Below, piece by piece: positions 18,601 through 26,170 of a stretch of DNA of 64,000 nt (the first letter of the stretch is position 1; every line of letters begins with the position of its first letter). Origin of the DNA: Candidatus Omnitrophota bacterium (lineage in GTDB: Bacteria; Omnitrophota; Gorgyraeia; Gygaellales; Profunditerraquicolaceae); NCBI GenBank assembly GCA_025453395.1, contig JALOQK010000001.1:166313-230312 (forward strand). The letters run 5' to 3'. A program made the position numbers and the translations under genes. The notes beneath the pieces are model-generated. The model searched no databases, was not told the origin of the DNA, and saw nothing but the letters and a program-made list of their open reading frames with translations.

Positions 18601-19130
18601 GGATGGTCAACCCTTAAAATACCCATGTTCGCGCCGCGGCGTGTGCCGCCCTGCTTGACTGCTTCGGTAGCTGAATCATAAACTTTCATAAAAGATACCG
18701 GACCCGATGCCACTCCTCCAGTAGTTTTAACCACAGCATTCTTAGCGCGCAATTTAGAGAAAGAAAATCCTGTGCCGCCGCCTGATTTATGGATCATCGC
18801 GGTTGCCTTAAGCGTTTCAAAAATAGATTCCATAGAATCTTCTATCGGCAAGGTAAAGCAGGCGCTTAATTGCCCCAGTTCCCTGCCAGCGTTCATAAGG
18901 CAGGGGGAATTGGGCATGAACTCCAATGAAGCCATCACCTGATAAAAGTTTTTTTGTGTTAAAGCGACGTCTTCATTGCTTGCGCCGTAAAACCTGTCCG
19001 CGGCGGCAATAGCAGAACAGACCCGCTCAAACATCTCTTGCGGGCTCTCAATAACTTTACCGTTTGCATCCTTCTTAAGGTACCTTCTTTCTAATACTTT
19101 CAGGGCATTATCGGAAAGCCGTGTGTTCAT
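15606..19130 (-). CDS. nrdJ: Class II (adenosylcobalamin-dependent) ribonucleotide reductase, intein-containing precursor
   Basis: The exteins carry class II RNR blocks: the STNP|...|CGEQPLLPYESCDLGSINL active-site region and a C-terminal Cys-rich tail CPDCGGTLRHEEGCVKCHCGYSKC. The 1174 aa length is explained by a ~409 aa insertion. Confidence 0.85.
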   Translation of the reverse strand: MNTRLSDNALKVLERRYLKKDANGKVIESPQEMFERVCSAIAAADRFYGASNEDVALTQKNFYQVMASLEFMPNSPCLMNAGRELGQLSACFTLPIEDSMESIFETLKATAMIHKSGGGTGFSFSKLRAKNAVVKTTGGVASGPVSFMKVYDSATEAVKQGGTRRGANMGILRVDHPDILEFITCKEDNHQITNFNISVAITDEFMDKLQSGQEYEVREPHNDKLVKKISAREVFDLIVKQAHKNGEPGIIFIDRMNEGNPTPKLGQIQSTNPCVTGDTFISTEKGLVRMRDLAKNYSSGGIAIFTDDRVGEILYGSKEHAAVATEAKLALSQNVISAAFKTGVKPVFKVTTKSGFELVATADHQLMTTHGWVKVQDLTLHKDKVIIQPQGIPFNSDNSLPFEVCNEFKGENGRGYKLNLPEKWSKQLGQVLGLLVGDGWLRDGDKNCRAGFTFSQDDKTVLEYMKPILNGFYGQDIKEVLRENNVYHLSYHSKYFVDFFKQLGVKVCKAQGKEVPESIYTAPKEAIIGFLQGLFTADGTVNYKEEHSSYVRLTAKSDKLLKGVQIILLNLGIKSRIYDRNRGERTCFAYLTKSGEEKNYKTDGVCFELEISRESVMKFLEIVGFMCERHSQKTAKFYSKDYFKDSFEETVESVTSCGEETVYDLTEPQTLTFISNGFISLDCGEQPLLPYESCDLGSINLDLMYKKNGAKIEIDWERLGRVTQTAVHFLDNIIDVNKFPLPDIERATKRTRKIGLGVMGWASLLIRLGIPYNSEEAVELAEKLMAFILDEATKKSQELAKDRGVFPAFKGSIYDKKDGGSYLRNATLTTIAPTGTISIIAGPCSSGIEPLFAISYYRNVMDNDKLVEVEPLFEEVAKERGFYSRELMEKIAEHASLKDIEEVPADVKRVFVTAHDITPEWHVRMQAAFQKYVHNATSKTINFPNDATIEDVRKAYLMAYELNCKGLTIYRDNSRQEQVLNIARKDKEKVQESMVVNIVESGKISPRPRPEVISGTTTKVATGCGNLYVTINVDQEARPFELFTQMGKAGGCAGSQLEAIGRLVSLSFRAGVEVKSIIEQLRNIRCPSPSWEKGQRIFSCADAIARVIEKRLVNVPTQKLVQEMAEIAMKHSHDDQPSSVSDNGADIVGVCPDCGGTLRHEEGCVKCHCGYSKC
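17085..18311 (-). mobile_element. Intein with a LAGLIDADG homing endonuclease, inserted before the catalytic Cys of the NPCGE motif of NrdJ (aa 274-682)
   Basis: N-terminal splice block CVTGDTFISTEKG, block B ATADHQLMTTHG, LAGLIDADG motifs LGLLVGDGWL and IIGFLQGLFTADGTV, and C-terminal block FISNGFISLD followed by extein Cys. The terminal residues are Leu-Asp rather than the canonical His-Asn. Confidence 0.75.
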
Positions 19131-19214
19131 CTTGTACTCCGCGGTTAATGGGGTGGATAATATTTATTAAGAGGTTTTAATTATAGCACTTGCGCCAAAA
19201 GCTTGTCAAGCAAA

Positions 19215-19261
19215 ATACTATATATGGGGTATTTTTTATTCTATTATACTATAAATTGTGT
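19215..19261. promoter_or_regulatory. Candidate pair of NrdR boxes upstream of nrdJ
   Basis: ATACTATATATGGGGT at 19215-19230 and ATACTATAAATTGTGT at 19246-19261 match the NrdR consensus acaCwAtATaTwGtgt at 13 and 14 of 16 positions. They are spaced 31 bp start to start, the characteristic tandem spacing. Confidence 0.4.
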
Positions 19262-19279
19262 TTGTTCTCCGACGATAAT

Positions 19280-20311
19280 TTACGAGCTGGACAAAGCCCT
19301 GCAGGATTCGCGAATAATTAATTCTGCCGGCAGGGCAATCCTTCTTACCTTGGAAGGTTTTTCCTGATTCATCACGCGGTGTAATTCTTCAACGCTCATC
19401 TGCGCCATTTTTACCAGTGGCTGCCTTACTGTAGTCAAAGAGACCGGCCCATATAACCCTGAAGGATTGTCATCAAAACCAACTATAGATATATCTCTGG
19501 GGATTTGTTTGCCCAGCTCCTTGGCGACTGCCATAACTTCCAAAGCCATGGAATCCGAAGCCACAAATATCGCTGTCGGAGGATCAGGCAGCTTCAACAT
19601 TTTTTCCGCGGCCTGGCGCGCCTGGCCGCGGGAATAATCAGTTCTTATAATATAATCCGGCCGAAGCGCGATATTGTGTTTTTCCAATGCCTGCTTATAA
19701 CCTTCTAAACGTTGCGCGGCAGCTTGCGTAATTAAGTCTCCTGTGATGTGGCCTATTTTCTTATGTTCCAAACTAATAAGATAATTTACCGCTTGTTCTG
19801 CCCCGCCCTGATTATCTATGACAATACAATTAACATCCAGGTCTGACACATAATTATTGATCACCACACATGGGATCTTATTGGCATAGGCATCTTCCAA
19901 TTGATTACGGTTAGCAATGATATCCGCGAAGATAACTCCCCCTACCCCGTTTAATCCCAAAACAGAATTAGCGTCGGAAAGATGCAAAAGAAGGTCTAAT
20001 TTTAAAACCTCGCAAAGCGTGCCAATGCCGCGGATAAGCTCTAAGGCGTAGAATGAATAAAACATGCCTTCATACCGGGGTATGACCAAGGCTACGGTAT
20101 TACTTTTTCCAGTTGCTAAACGTTGGGCGATAATGGAGGGCTGATAATGCATTTGCTTTACCACCTCAAGCACCTTAAGACGGTTCTTGGCCTTTACTGA
20201 TGGTAATTTATTGACAACGCGGGAAACTGTAGCCGGAGAAACGCCTGCGGCGCGCGCCACATCTTCAATGGAAACTGCCTTTAGGGCATTATCTTTTTTC
20301 TTACGGGTCAT
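19280..20311 (-). CDS. LacI family transcriptional regulator
   Basis: N-terminal HTH VSIEDVARAAGVSPATVSRVVN followed by a periplasmic-binding-protein-like sugar-binding domain. Confidence 0.8.
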   Translation of the reverse strand: MTRKKKDNALKAVSIEDVARAAGVSPATVSRVVNKLPSVKAKNRLKVLEVVKQMHYQPSIIAQRLATGKSNTVALVIPRYEGMFYSFYALELIRGIGTLCEVLKLDLLLHLSDANSVLGLNGVGGVIFADIIANRNQLEDAYANKIPCVVINNYVSDLDVNCIVIDNQGGAEQAVNYLISLEHKKIGHITGDLITQAAAQRLEGYKQALEKHNIALRPDYIIRTDYSRGQARQAAEKMLKLPDPPTAIFVASDSMALEVMAVAKELGKQIPRDISIVGFDDNPSGLYGPVSLTTVRQPLVKMAQMSVEELHRVMNQEKPSKVRRIALPAELIIRESCRALSSS

Positions 20312-21499
20312 TTATCTTCTGATGATATCCCCGACTTGGGGCGTATAAGAGTCGTTTAACATGTCGCAAGCGGCTATCGTTTTACTTAAACGGATCACTT
20401 CCAAGACAGAAACTACCTGGTCGTTTTTATAAATATGCAGTTTATCCCCCACTGCCAAACCAGAATTATCTCCAACATCCACAAGGACAAAATTATTATC
20501 TTTGTTCACCGAGATTATTTTTCCTAAACCACCGGGGCTTATCAGGCCCTTGGAAAAAACGGGGTCTTGCTTGCCAACCGCTTCTGAAGGGCGCACAATA
20601 ATGGGAGGCAGCTCTACATTCTCTTTATTCTCTTTTACTTTCTCCGTGCCGTCAACAGTAAAACCTGCGCCCGCAACATTAGTTGACTGAACTGACTTAT
20701 CTTTTACTAAAATATCCATTTCTTTTACTTTCTTCTCAAGCTCTAAATTAATATCCTGAAGCTTCTTGATCTTCTTTTCAAGATCAATCTTGCGGGTGCT
20801 TAGCTGTTGAAGCTGACGGCGCAAGACTTCATTATCGGTCTTCAAAGACTTTGCCGAATCATTGATCTGCAGTTTATCATTCTTCTCGCCCACCAACTCC
20901 AGAGCGATATTATCAACCACCTTCTTATTATAGATAATCTGTTTTTGCGCGTATTCCAGCTGGCGCGCCAGATCCTGCTTTTCCTGGTTTAAACTGTTGA
21001 TCTCCAGCTCGAGAGCGTTTTTCTCACGCTGTAATTGTTCATTGTTTATCTTTAAGTCACGGGAGTCGCTGCGTAAATTTTCCAGCTGCATGGAAATAGC
21101 ATTCTTATCCCTTAAGACGCCTGCCCAATAATCATCATTTGGCGCCTGCGTCTGTTCTCGAGTAACAGGCGCGCTTGCGCTGCTTTCTTGCAATTCTTTG
21201 ATCTTACTGGTAAGCTTCTCCCTGGCCTGCATTAAATCCTCATAGCGTTTTTTAAGCTCATCGCGCTCATCGGTTATCTTGCTTAATTTTGAATTAATGG
21301 AAGAATACTTTGATTCTAGAGTATCGTAATCCTTTTTAAGAGAATTCACCCTGTCGGTTAAGTCTTTATTTTTTACTGACAGGCCTTCTTTCTCTTGTTC
21401 CAGAAGCTGATTAGCGGTAAAGGTCTGGAAAAGCACAAAACCGCAAACAAGAAGAAGGGCCACCAAACTTAAGATTACTATCTTTACTTTTTGTTCCAT
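20312..21499 (-). CDS. Membrane-anchored coiled-coil protein with a C-terminal beta-rich domain, function unknown
   Basis: N-terminal TM helix, ~250 aa of heptad-rich coiled coil (LKKRYEDLMQAREKLTSKIKELQ...), and a C-terminal ~90 aa globular domain (GKIISVNKDNNFVLVDVGDNSGLAVGDKLHIY). Confidence 0.45.
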   Translation of the reverse strand: MEQKVKIVILSLVALLLVCGFVLFQTFTANQLLEQEKEGLSVKNKDLTDRVNSLKKDYDTLESKYSSINSKLSKITDERDELKKRYEDLMQAREKLTSKIKELQESSASAPVTREQTQAPNDDYWAGVLRDKNAISMQLENLRSDSRDLKINNEQLQREKNALELEINSLNQEKQDLARQLEYAQKQIIYNKKVVDNIALELVGEKNDKLQINDSAKSLKTDNEVLRRQLQQLSTRKIDLEKKIKKLQDINLELEKKVKEMDILVKDKSVQSTNVAGAGFTVDGTEKVKENKENVELPPIIVRPSEAVGKQDPVFSKGLISPGGLGKIISVNKDNNFVLVDVGDNSGLAVGDKLHIYKNDQVVSVLEVIRLSKTIAACDMLNDSYTPQVGDIIRR

Positions 21500-21508
21500 T
21501 ACGCCTCC

Positions 21509-22744
21509 TTATAATAATCTAGCAAAGACCCTGTGCATAACTAAGCTGGCCGCGCCTAAGGCGACAGCATTTTCTCTTAATTGCGAATATATTATTTCCA
21601 AATTCTCAGTCATTTCCCTGAATGCCCATTCACGAACGGTGCTGCTGACCTGATTCAAGAATTTATCCCCCGCCTCTTCTAAGCCGCCGCCTAAGATCAC
21701 CGCCTGCGGATTAAGAAAATTAACCATGCAGGCTATTTTTACCCCCAGCCGATAAGCGGCTTTTTCTAAAGCCAGCGCTGCCATCGGATGGTTGGCGCGG
21801 TTTGCGATAAAAACACTCTTTAAGTCCACGTTATTGATGTTGCTGGAAGTAAGAGAGAAAAATTCATCTGCCTTTTTCTTGTCTTGCGCGAGCATTTCTC
21901 TTATGTCATCGATAATGCCCATATCTATTTCCCAGCGCTTGATAAAACAGCTTTTTCCCGCATCACAATTAAACTGGTCCTGCTTGGCGTAATTATAGAT
22001 GGAAACTTCTCCGGCATACCCTTGGGAACCGGTGTATATTTCACCGTTGATCATGATCCCGCAGCCGACCCCGGAAAACATATAAATAATATTCTTAAAA
22101 TCCCGGGTTAAATCCAGCCACTGCTCTCCAAAACAGGCGGCGGTAGCGTCATTTTCGATAAGCGTGGGAAAATTAAATTCCTTTTCAATTATATCGCGCA
22201 GCGGCAAATCCACAGAGGCATAGGTATAATAATGGTCCATCTTCTGCGGCCAATGGATAAGGCCGGTTTTCTTATTTACCAGCCCCGCAATGCCAATTCC
22301 TATACCTTTAATATTAGGGGTGTATTCTTTGGACCTTCTTAAGATCTCACGGATAAGCTGCACCACACATTCAGTTATTTCCTTGACCGATGGCTTAGGC
22401 CGAGCGATCTGGGTCTTGGTTACGATGTTGCCTTTTAAATCCAGCAACACCCCGACCATATTCATTAAATTCAAGCCGATACCTATTATATAACCGGCCT
22501 GTTGATTCAAATCAAGCAGGGTCGGCCTTCTGCCGCCTTCAGAAACATCAAGTTCCCGCTCGTAAACCAAGCGGCCCCTGATAAAATCATCAATATAATT
22601 GGAAATGGTCACCACATTAACGCCCATAAGCCTGGAGATATCAGGCCTGCTTATCGGGCCCTGGCGCCTTAAGATATCCAATATGGAAATATTACGCCTT
22701 TCCTTCTCGGAAAGTTCTTCTTTCTTAAAGTCTATTGGCAGCAT
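21509..22744 (-). CDS. ROK family transcriptional regulator / sugar kinase (NagC/XylR-like)
   Basis: N-terminal wHTH (RRNISILDILRRQGPISRPDISRLMGVNVVTISN), followed by a ROK sugar-kinase-like domain with IGIGIAGLV and DATAACFGE. Confidence 0.8.
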   Translation of the reverse strand: MLPIDFKKEELSEKERRNISILDILRRQGPISRPDISRLMGVNVVTISNYIDDFIRGRLVYERELDVSEGGRRPTLLDLNQQAGYIIGIGLNLMNMVGVLLDLKGNIVTKTQIARPKPSVKEITECVVQLIREILRRSKEYTPNIKGIGIGIAGLVNKKTGLIHWPQKMDHYYTYASVDLPLRDIIEKEFNFPTLIENDATAACFGEQWLDLTRDFKNIIYMFSGVGCGIMINGEIYTGSQGYAGEVSIYNYAKQDQFNCDAGKSCFIKRWEIDMGIIDDIREMLAQDKKKADEFFSLTSSNINNVDLKSVFIANRANHPMAALALEKAAYRLGVKIACMVNFLNPQAVILGGGLEEAGDKFLNQVSSTVREWAFREMTENLEIIYSQLRENAVALGAASLVMHRVFARLL

Positions 22745-22781
22745 AGTATTTGGGAGATATTTGGTTTGTTTATTTTATACT

Positions 22782-22799
22782 ACTAAAGGAACCTTTAGT
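22782..22799. promoter_or_regulatory. 18 bp perfect palindrome ACTAAAGGaaCCTTTAGT in the divergent ROK / HTH-pilN intergenic region, a candidate operator
   Basis: Perfect 8 bp inverted repeat with a 2 nt spacer, located between divergently transcribed regulator and pilus genes. Confidence 0.3.
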
Positions 22800-22902
22800 C
22801 AAGTATTTTAATTTCATAAAGTTACAGAAATTTTACTTGACAAGAAATTTAAATATAGTAATCTATACTTAAATATACCAAGCTATACCAAAGTATATAA
22901 AA

Positions 22903-23094
22903 ATGAACACAAGATACTACACCACCAAAGACGTATTAAAGAAAGTCGGCATCTCGCGCACCACATTATTTTTGTGGCTGTGGAACAAAAAGGTCCCTGA
23001 TGTCAAAAGAAACCGCAATGGCCACAGGGTGTTTACTGAAATCGATATCCAGCGTATTTTAAATTATAAAAATAAGCTTACTCTTCCAGAATAG
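22903..23094 (+). CDS. Small MerR/AlpA-like (HTH_17, excisionase-type) DNA-binding protein
   Basis: 63 aa: YTTKDVLKKVGISRTTLFLWLWNKKVPDVKRNRNGHRVFTEIDIQRILNY matches the MerR/HTH_17 pattern. It ends 4 nt before pilN. Confidence 0.55.
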   Translation: MNTRYYTTKDVLKKVGISRTTLFLWLWNKKVPDVKRNRNGHRVFTEIDIQRILNYKNKLTLPE

Positions 23095-23098
23095 GCCT

Positions 23099-23767
23099 AT
23101 GCCCTTAATAAACCTTTTGCCCAGTGAATTAAGGAAAGCAAAAACAGCCGCCCAGAAAACAACGAAAGCTGCTTCCGGGATCCCCAAGCCGACTATACAT
23201 ATTAAAGTAGACATTTCTTTCTTAAAACCTGTCCTTTGGGTGATACCGGTATTGCTGGCAGTAACTGGCGCTGTCTATGCCCAAGCCTATTTTAAAGAGC
23301 AAAAACTTAAACACCTTGAAGAAAAACTGGGAAACTCCAAAGCGATCTCCAAGAAAATAGCGCAATTAAAACAGGATATAGAAAAGAACGCGCAGGCCTA
23401 TTCTTTTCTGGGCCGGGCAGTAAACAACACAAAATGGTCAGAAAAACTTGAGCGCCTTACTCAAATAATCCCTCCTCAGATATGGTTATCCAAATTAACT
23501 GTTGATTCTTCGACAATTAAGAATTCTCCCGCGGCTAAAGAAAACAGGGATGCGCCTAAGAAATCTGAAAAGATCGTCCTTGAGGGAAGCGCGACCAGCG
23601 TAATAGAAGCAGAAATTATTTCCGCTATAACAAACTTCATAGAAAAAATTAAAGCAAGCCCTGATTTTAATCAAACATTCGCTGTCTTTAAGATGGGGCA
23701 GCTGCAATCAGTCAAAAAAGGCAATTTAACGGTAATGAATTTCACTATTACCTGCTCGTCAGAATAA
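23099..23767 (+). CDS. pilN: Type IV pilus assembly protein PilN
   Basis: N-terminus MPLINLLPSELRK (the PilN INLLP motif), a single TM helix, then a coiled-coil periplasmic region. Confidence 0.7.
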   Translation: MPLINLLPSELRKAKTAAQKTTKAASGIPKPTIHIKVDISFLKPVLWVIPVLLAVTGAVYAQAYFKEQKLKHLEEKLGNSKAISKKIAQLKQDIEKNAQAYSFLGRAVNNTKWSEKLERLTQIIPPQIWLSKLTVDSSTIKNSPAAKENRDAPKKSEKIVLEGSATSVIEAEIISAITNFIEKIKASPDFNQTFAVFKMGQLQSVKKGNLTVMNFTITCSSE

Positions 23768-23768
23768 T

Positions 23769-24344
23769 ATGCAAAGTATAAACGAAATCTTAAATAATCC
23801 CAAGGTCCAGAAAATAATAATCATTATTGTTGCTGCGATATTAGTGGCTGCATATTACCCATTCGCATTATCATTGTGGAATAAAAACAAGGCCATTGAT
23901 GAAAAGATTTCTCTGTCCTTACAACAAATAAATTTAGGCAGCCACATCAACGTTAACCAGCAAGCCACAGAAGAAGAATTTAAAAAATCGCAAAAACAAA
24001 TCTTGCAGTTGGCGGATAAATTCTTCATAAGCGCCGAAGAAATATTTGTTGTGTTAAATAAGATCGCCGCAGCAACAAAGATAAGCTTTAAAAACATCGA
24101 GCCTTTTGAAAGGCAAAAAATGGAAATCCCCAACAGGGATGATATGTATATTGATAATTTACCGGTTAAAGTGGATATTGTCTGCAATTATCATCAATTA
24201 ATCACGCTGTTGGACAAAATAGAAAAAACCGATAAATTCATAAGCGTTGAAGACATAAGGATCCGGGGGGTGCCTTCTAATATATGGGAACATGAGGTGC
24301 AAATTAACCTAAAAGTCCCCCTATTGGTGGCTAATGCTAAATAA
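23769..24344 (+). CDS. pilO: Type IV pilus assembly protein PilO
   Basis: 191 aa with an N-terminal TM helix, a coiled coil and a C-terminal ferredoxin-like region. It sits between pilN and pilP. Confidence 0.6.
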   Translation: MQSINEILNNPKVQKIIIIIVAAILVAAYYPFALSLWNKNKAIDEKISLSLQQINLGSHINVNQQATEEEFKKSQKQILQLADKFFISAEEIFVVLNKIAAATKISFKNIEPFERQKMEIPNRDDMYIDNLPVKVDIVCNYHQLITLLDKIEKTDKFISVEDIRIRGVPSNIWEHEVQINLKVPLLVANAK

Positions 24345-24741
24345 AATGCGCCATAAAATTCATAACATGAAAGCTTTCTTGGTTTTCTTATCCGCTATAA
24401 ATATATTTATAATTGCATTTGCACAAACAAAAGAAATCAATTATAATAGCGCTGAAGAAAGCCGTGATCCTTTTATCCCTTTAGTGGATAATAACGGGAA
24501 CTTGCGCAAAGAGTTTAAGCGGCCGGTTGATGAAGCAAGCATCCCAAAAGTAAACTTAATGGGGATAAGCGACCTCTCCGGAACATTTTACGCGATAATT
24601 GACGGAGAAATGGTCAAAGAAGCAGACACGATCAAAGAGTTAAAAATCGAGAAAATATATTTTGACCGGGTAATTGTAAGTTACGCCGATAAAATATTTG
24701 AATTAAAGTGGGAACAGGAGAAAAATGCAGGGAAAAAATAG
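24334..24741 (+). CDS. pilP: Type IV pilus assembly lipoprotein PilP
   Basis: 135 aa with a signal peptide, an RDPFIPL motif (the conserved PilP RDPF) and a C-terminal beta domain. It lies directly before the secretin gene. Confidence 0.6.
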   Translation: MLNKMRHKIHNMKAFLVFLSAINIFIIAFAQTKEINYNSAEESRDPFIPLVDNNGNLRKEFKRPVDEASIPKVNLMGISDLSGTFYAIIDGEMVKEADTIKELKIEKIYFDRVIVSYADKIFELKWEQEKNAGKK

Positions 24742-26170
24742 TGTCAGCTATCAGCTTTCAGCTTTCAGCTTTCAGCTAAAAACTAAAAAAACAATCGCTA
24801 TAATTACCCTGATCCTATTCTTTATGGGAATGTGCCCGTCTCTTTTACTTTCCCAAGACCAGCAAGAAACAAAAACCGCATCTAATCTTATAAGCCTGAA
24901 TTTGCGCGATGTGAATATTGAAGACGCGCTTAAAGTGATCGCCCAGGCAAGCGGGATGAATGTCATCTTGGATAAAGACGTCAAAGCGACAGTAAATATC
25001 AACCTTAAAAACGTTACCTGGAATACCGCGCTTGACAATATCCTCAAAACCAACCAATTAACCTATAAAATACAGGAAAACATTATCCGGGTGATGACCT
25101 TAGATTCTTTGAAAAAAGAGGACGACACCCTTCCCCTGTCTTTAAAAATCATTTCGCTTAATTTTGCCAGGGCCGATGAAATACAAAAATCATTAACCAA
25201 AATGCTTTCTCCCCGCGGCAATATTGAAATAAACGCCTCCACAAATTCTCTGATCATAAGCGATTCGCAAGAAACATTCCCCAAGCTTGAAGAAGTAATC
25301 TCCAAGCTTGACACCCGCATCCCGCAGGTCATGGTAGAAACCCTGATCGTCAGTTTTAAAGGCAGCAACACCTACCGACAAGGCGTGGATATGACCCTTA
25401 TGAGCAACAAACACGGCACAGACCGCCAATATTGGCAATATCCTGTGGGCGATCAAAACGGAATGGCCGGAGTTATGGATTTTTCCTATGCCAAGCCTAT
25501 TCTATCAGGATTAGACCTAGCCAGCACCTTAAGGCTTTTTTCCGAAGATGCCCGGGTAAACATCCTGGCCAATCCTAAAGTAATGACCCTGGATAACAAA
25601 GAAGCCTCCATAGAAATTCTTGAACAAGTCCCTTATCAATCTCAATCTACCACAGAACAAGGAACCGTGGTCAGCACCTCATTTAAAGATGCTGGCTTAA
25701 AAATATTGGTTACCCCGCATATTACAAAAGATCAGTTTATCTCTTTAGCGGTAAAAGGCGAACACAGTTATATCGCAGCCTACGTTAATAACCAGCCGCA
25801 GATAGATGCCAGAAAAATAGAAACAAATTTCATGCTAAAAGACGGAGAAGTAGCGGTAATCGGTGGTTTACGTAAAAAAGACAAGACTTACACCGTAACT
25901 AAAGTCCCTGTCTTAGGGGATATCCCTTTTATCGGAAAGATTTTATTCAGTAAAATAGTCAAAACAGACGTAGATAATGAATTAATAATTTTTATCTCCC
26001 CGCACATCATGGAAACCAACCTAGCAAGCTCTTCCGAGCAGATAAATTACAAAGGCGCACATGAAGAATTAGTAGGCCTGACAAACAAGAAAAAAGAAGC
26101 ATTAAGAAATCAGGCTATTGAAAATTATTTTCAAACGCAGCAACCGCCTTCCCCAAGAAAGAAGCAATGA
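24725..26170 (+). CDS. pilQ: Type IV pilus secretin PilQ (short form, no AMIN domains)
   Basis: Secretin N-domain (NINLKNVTWNTALDNILKTNQLTYKIQENIIRV) and C-terminal secretin domain (GEVAVIGGLRKKDKTYTVTKVPVLGDIPFIGKLF). The first ~17 codons are the TCAGCTN heptamer repeat. Confidence 0.8.
   Translation: MQGKNSVSYQLSAFSFQLKTKKTIAIITLILFFMGMCPSLLLSQDQQETKTASNLISLNLRDVNIEDALKVIAQASGMNVILDKDVKATVNINLKNVTWNTALDNILKTNQLTYKIQENIIRVMTLDSLKKEDDTLPLSLKIISLNFARADEIQKSLTKMLSPRGNIEINASTNSLIISDSQETFPKLEEVISKLDTRIPQVMVETLIVSFKGSNTYRQGVDMTLMSNKHGTDRQYWQYPVGDQNGMAGVMDFSYAKPILSGLDLASTLRLFSEDARVNILANPKVMTLDNKEASIEILEQVPYQSQSTTEQGTVVSTSFKDAGLKILVTPHITKDQFISLAVKGEHSYIAAYVNNQPQIDARKIETNFMLKDGEVAVIGGLRKKDKTYTVTKVPVLGDIPFIGKILFSKIVKTDVDNELIIFISPHIMETNLASSSEQINYKGAHEELVGLTNKKKEALRNQAIENYFQTQQPPSPRKKQ
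24744..24777. repeat. Heptamer minisatellite (TCAGCTN)x5, second locus
   Basis: tcagcta tcagctt tcagctt tcagctt tcagcta, followed by aaaactaaaaaaacaatcgcta. The flank is similar to the 10302 locus. It is translated as SYQLSAFSFQL at the pilQ N-terminus. Confidence 0.7.

Noticed and set aside
22837-22870. TTGACA hexamer upstream of the HTH-pilN operon as a promoter -35
   Set aside because: No acceptable -10 lies at 16-18 bp spacing (candidates at 12 or 21 bp), so no promoter call was made.
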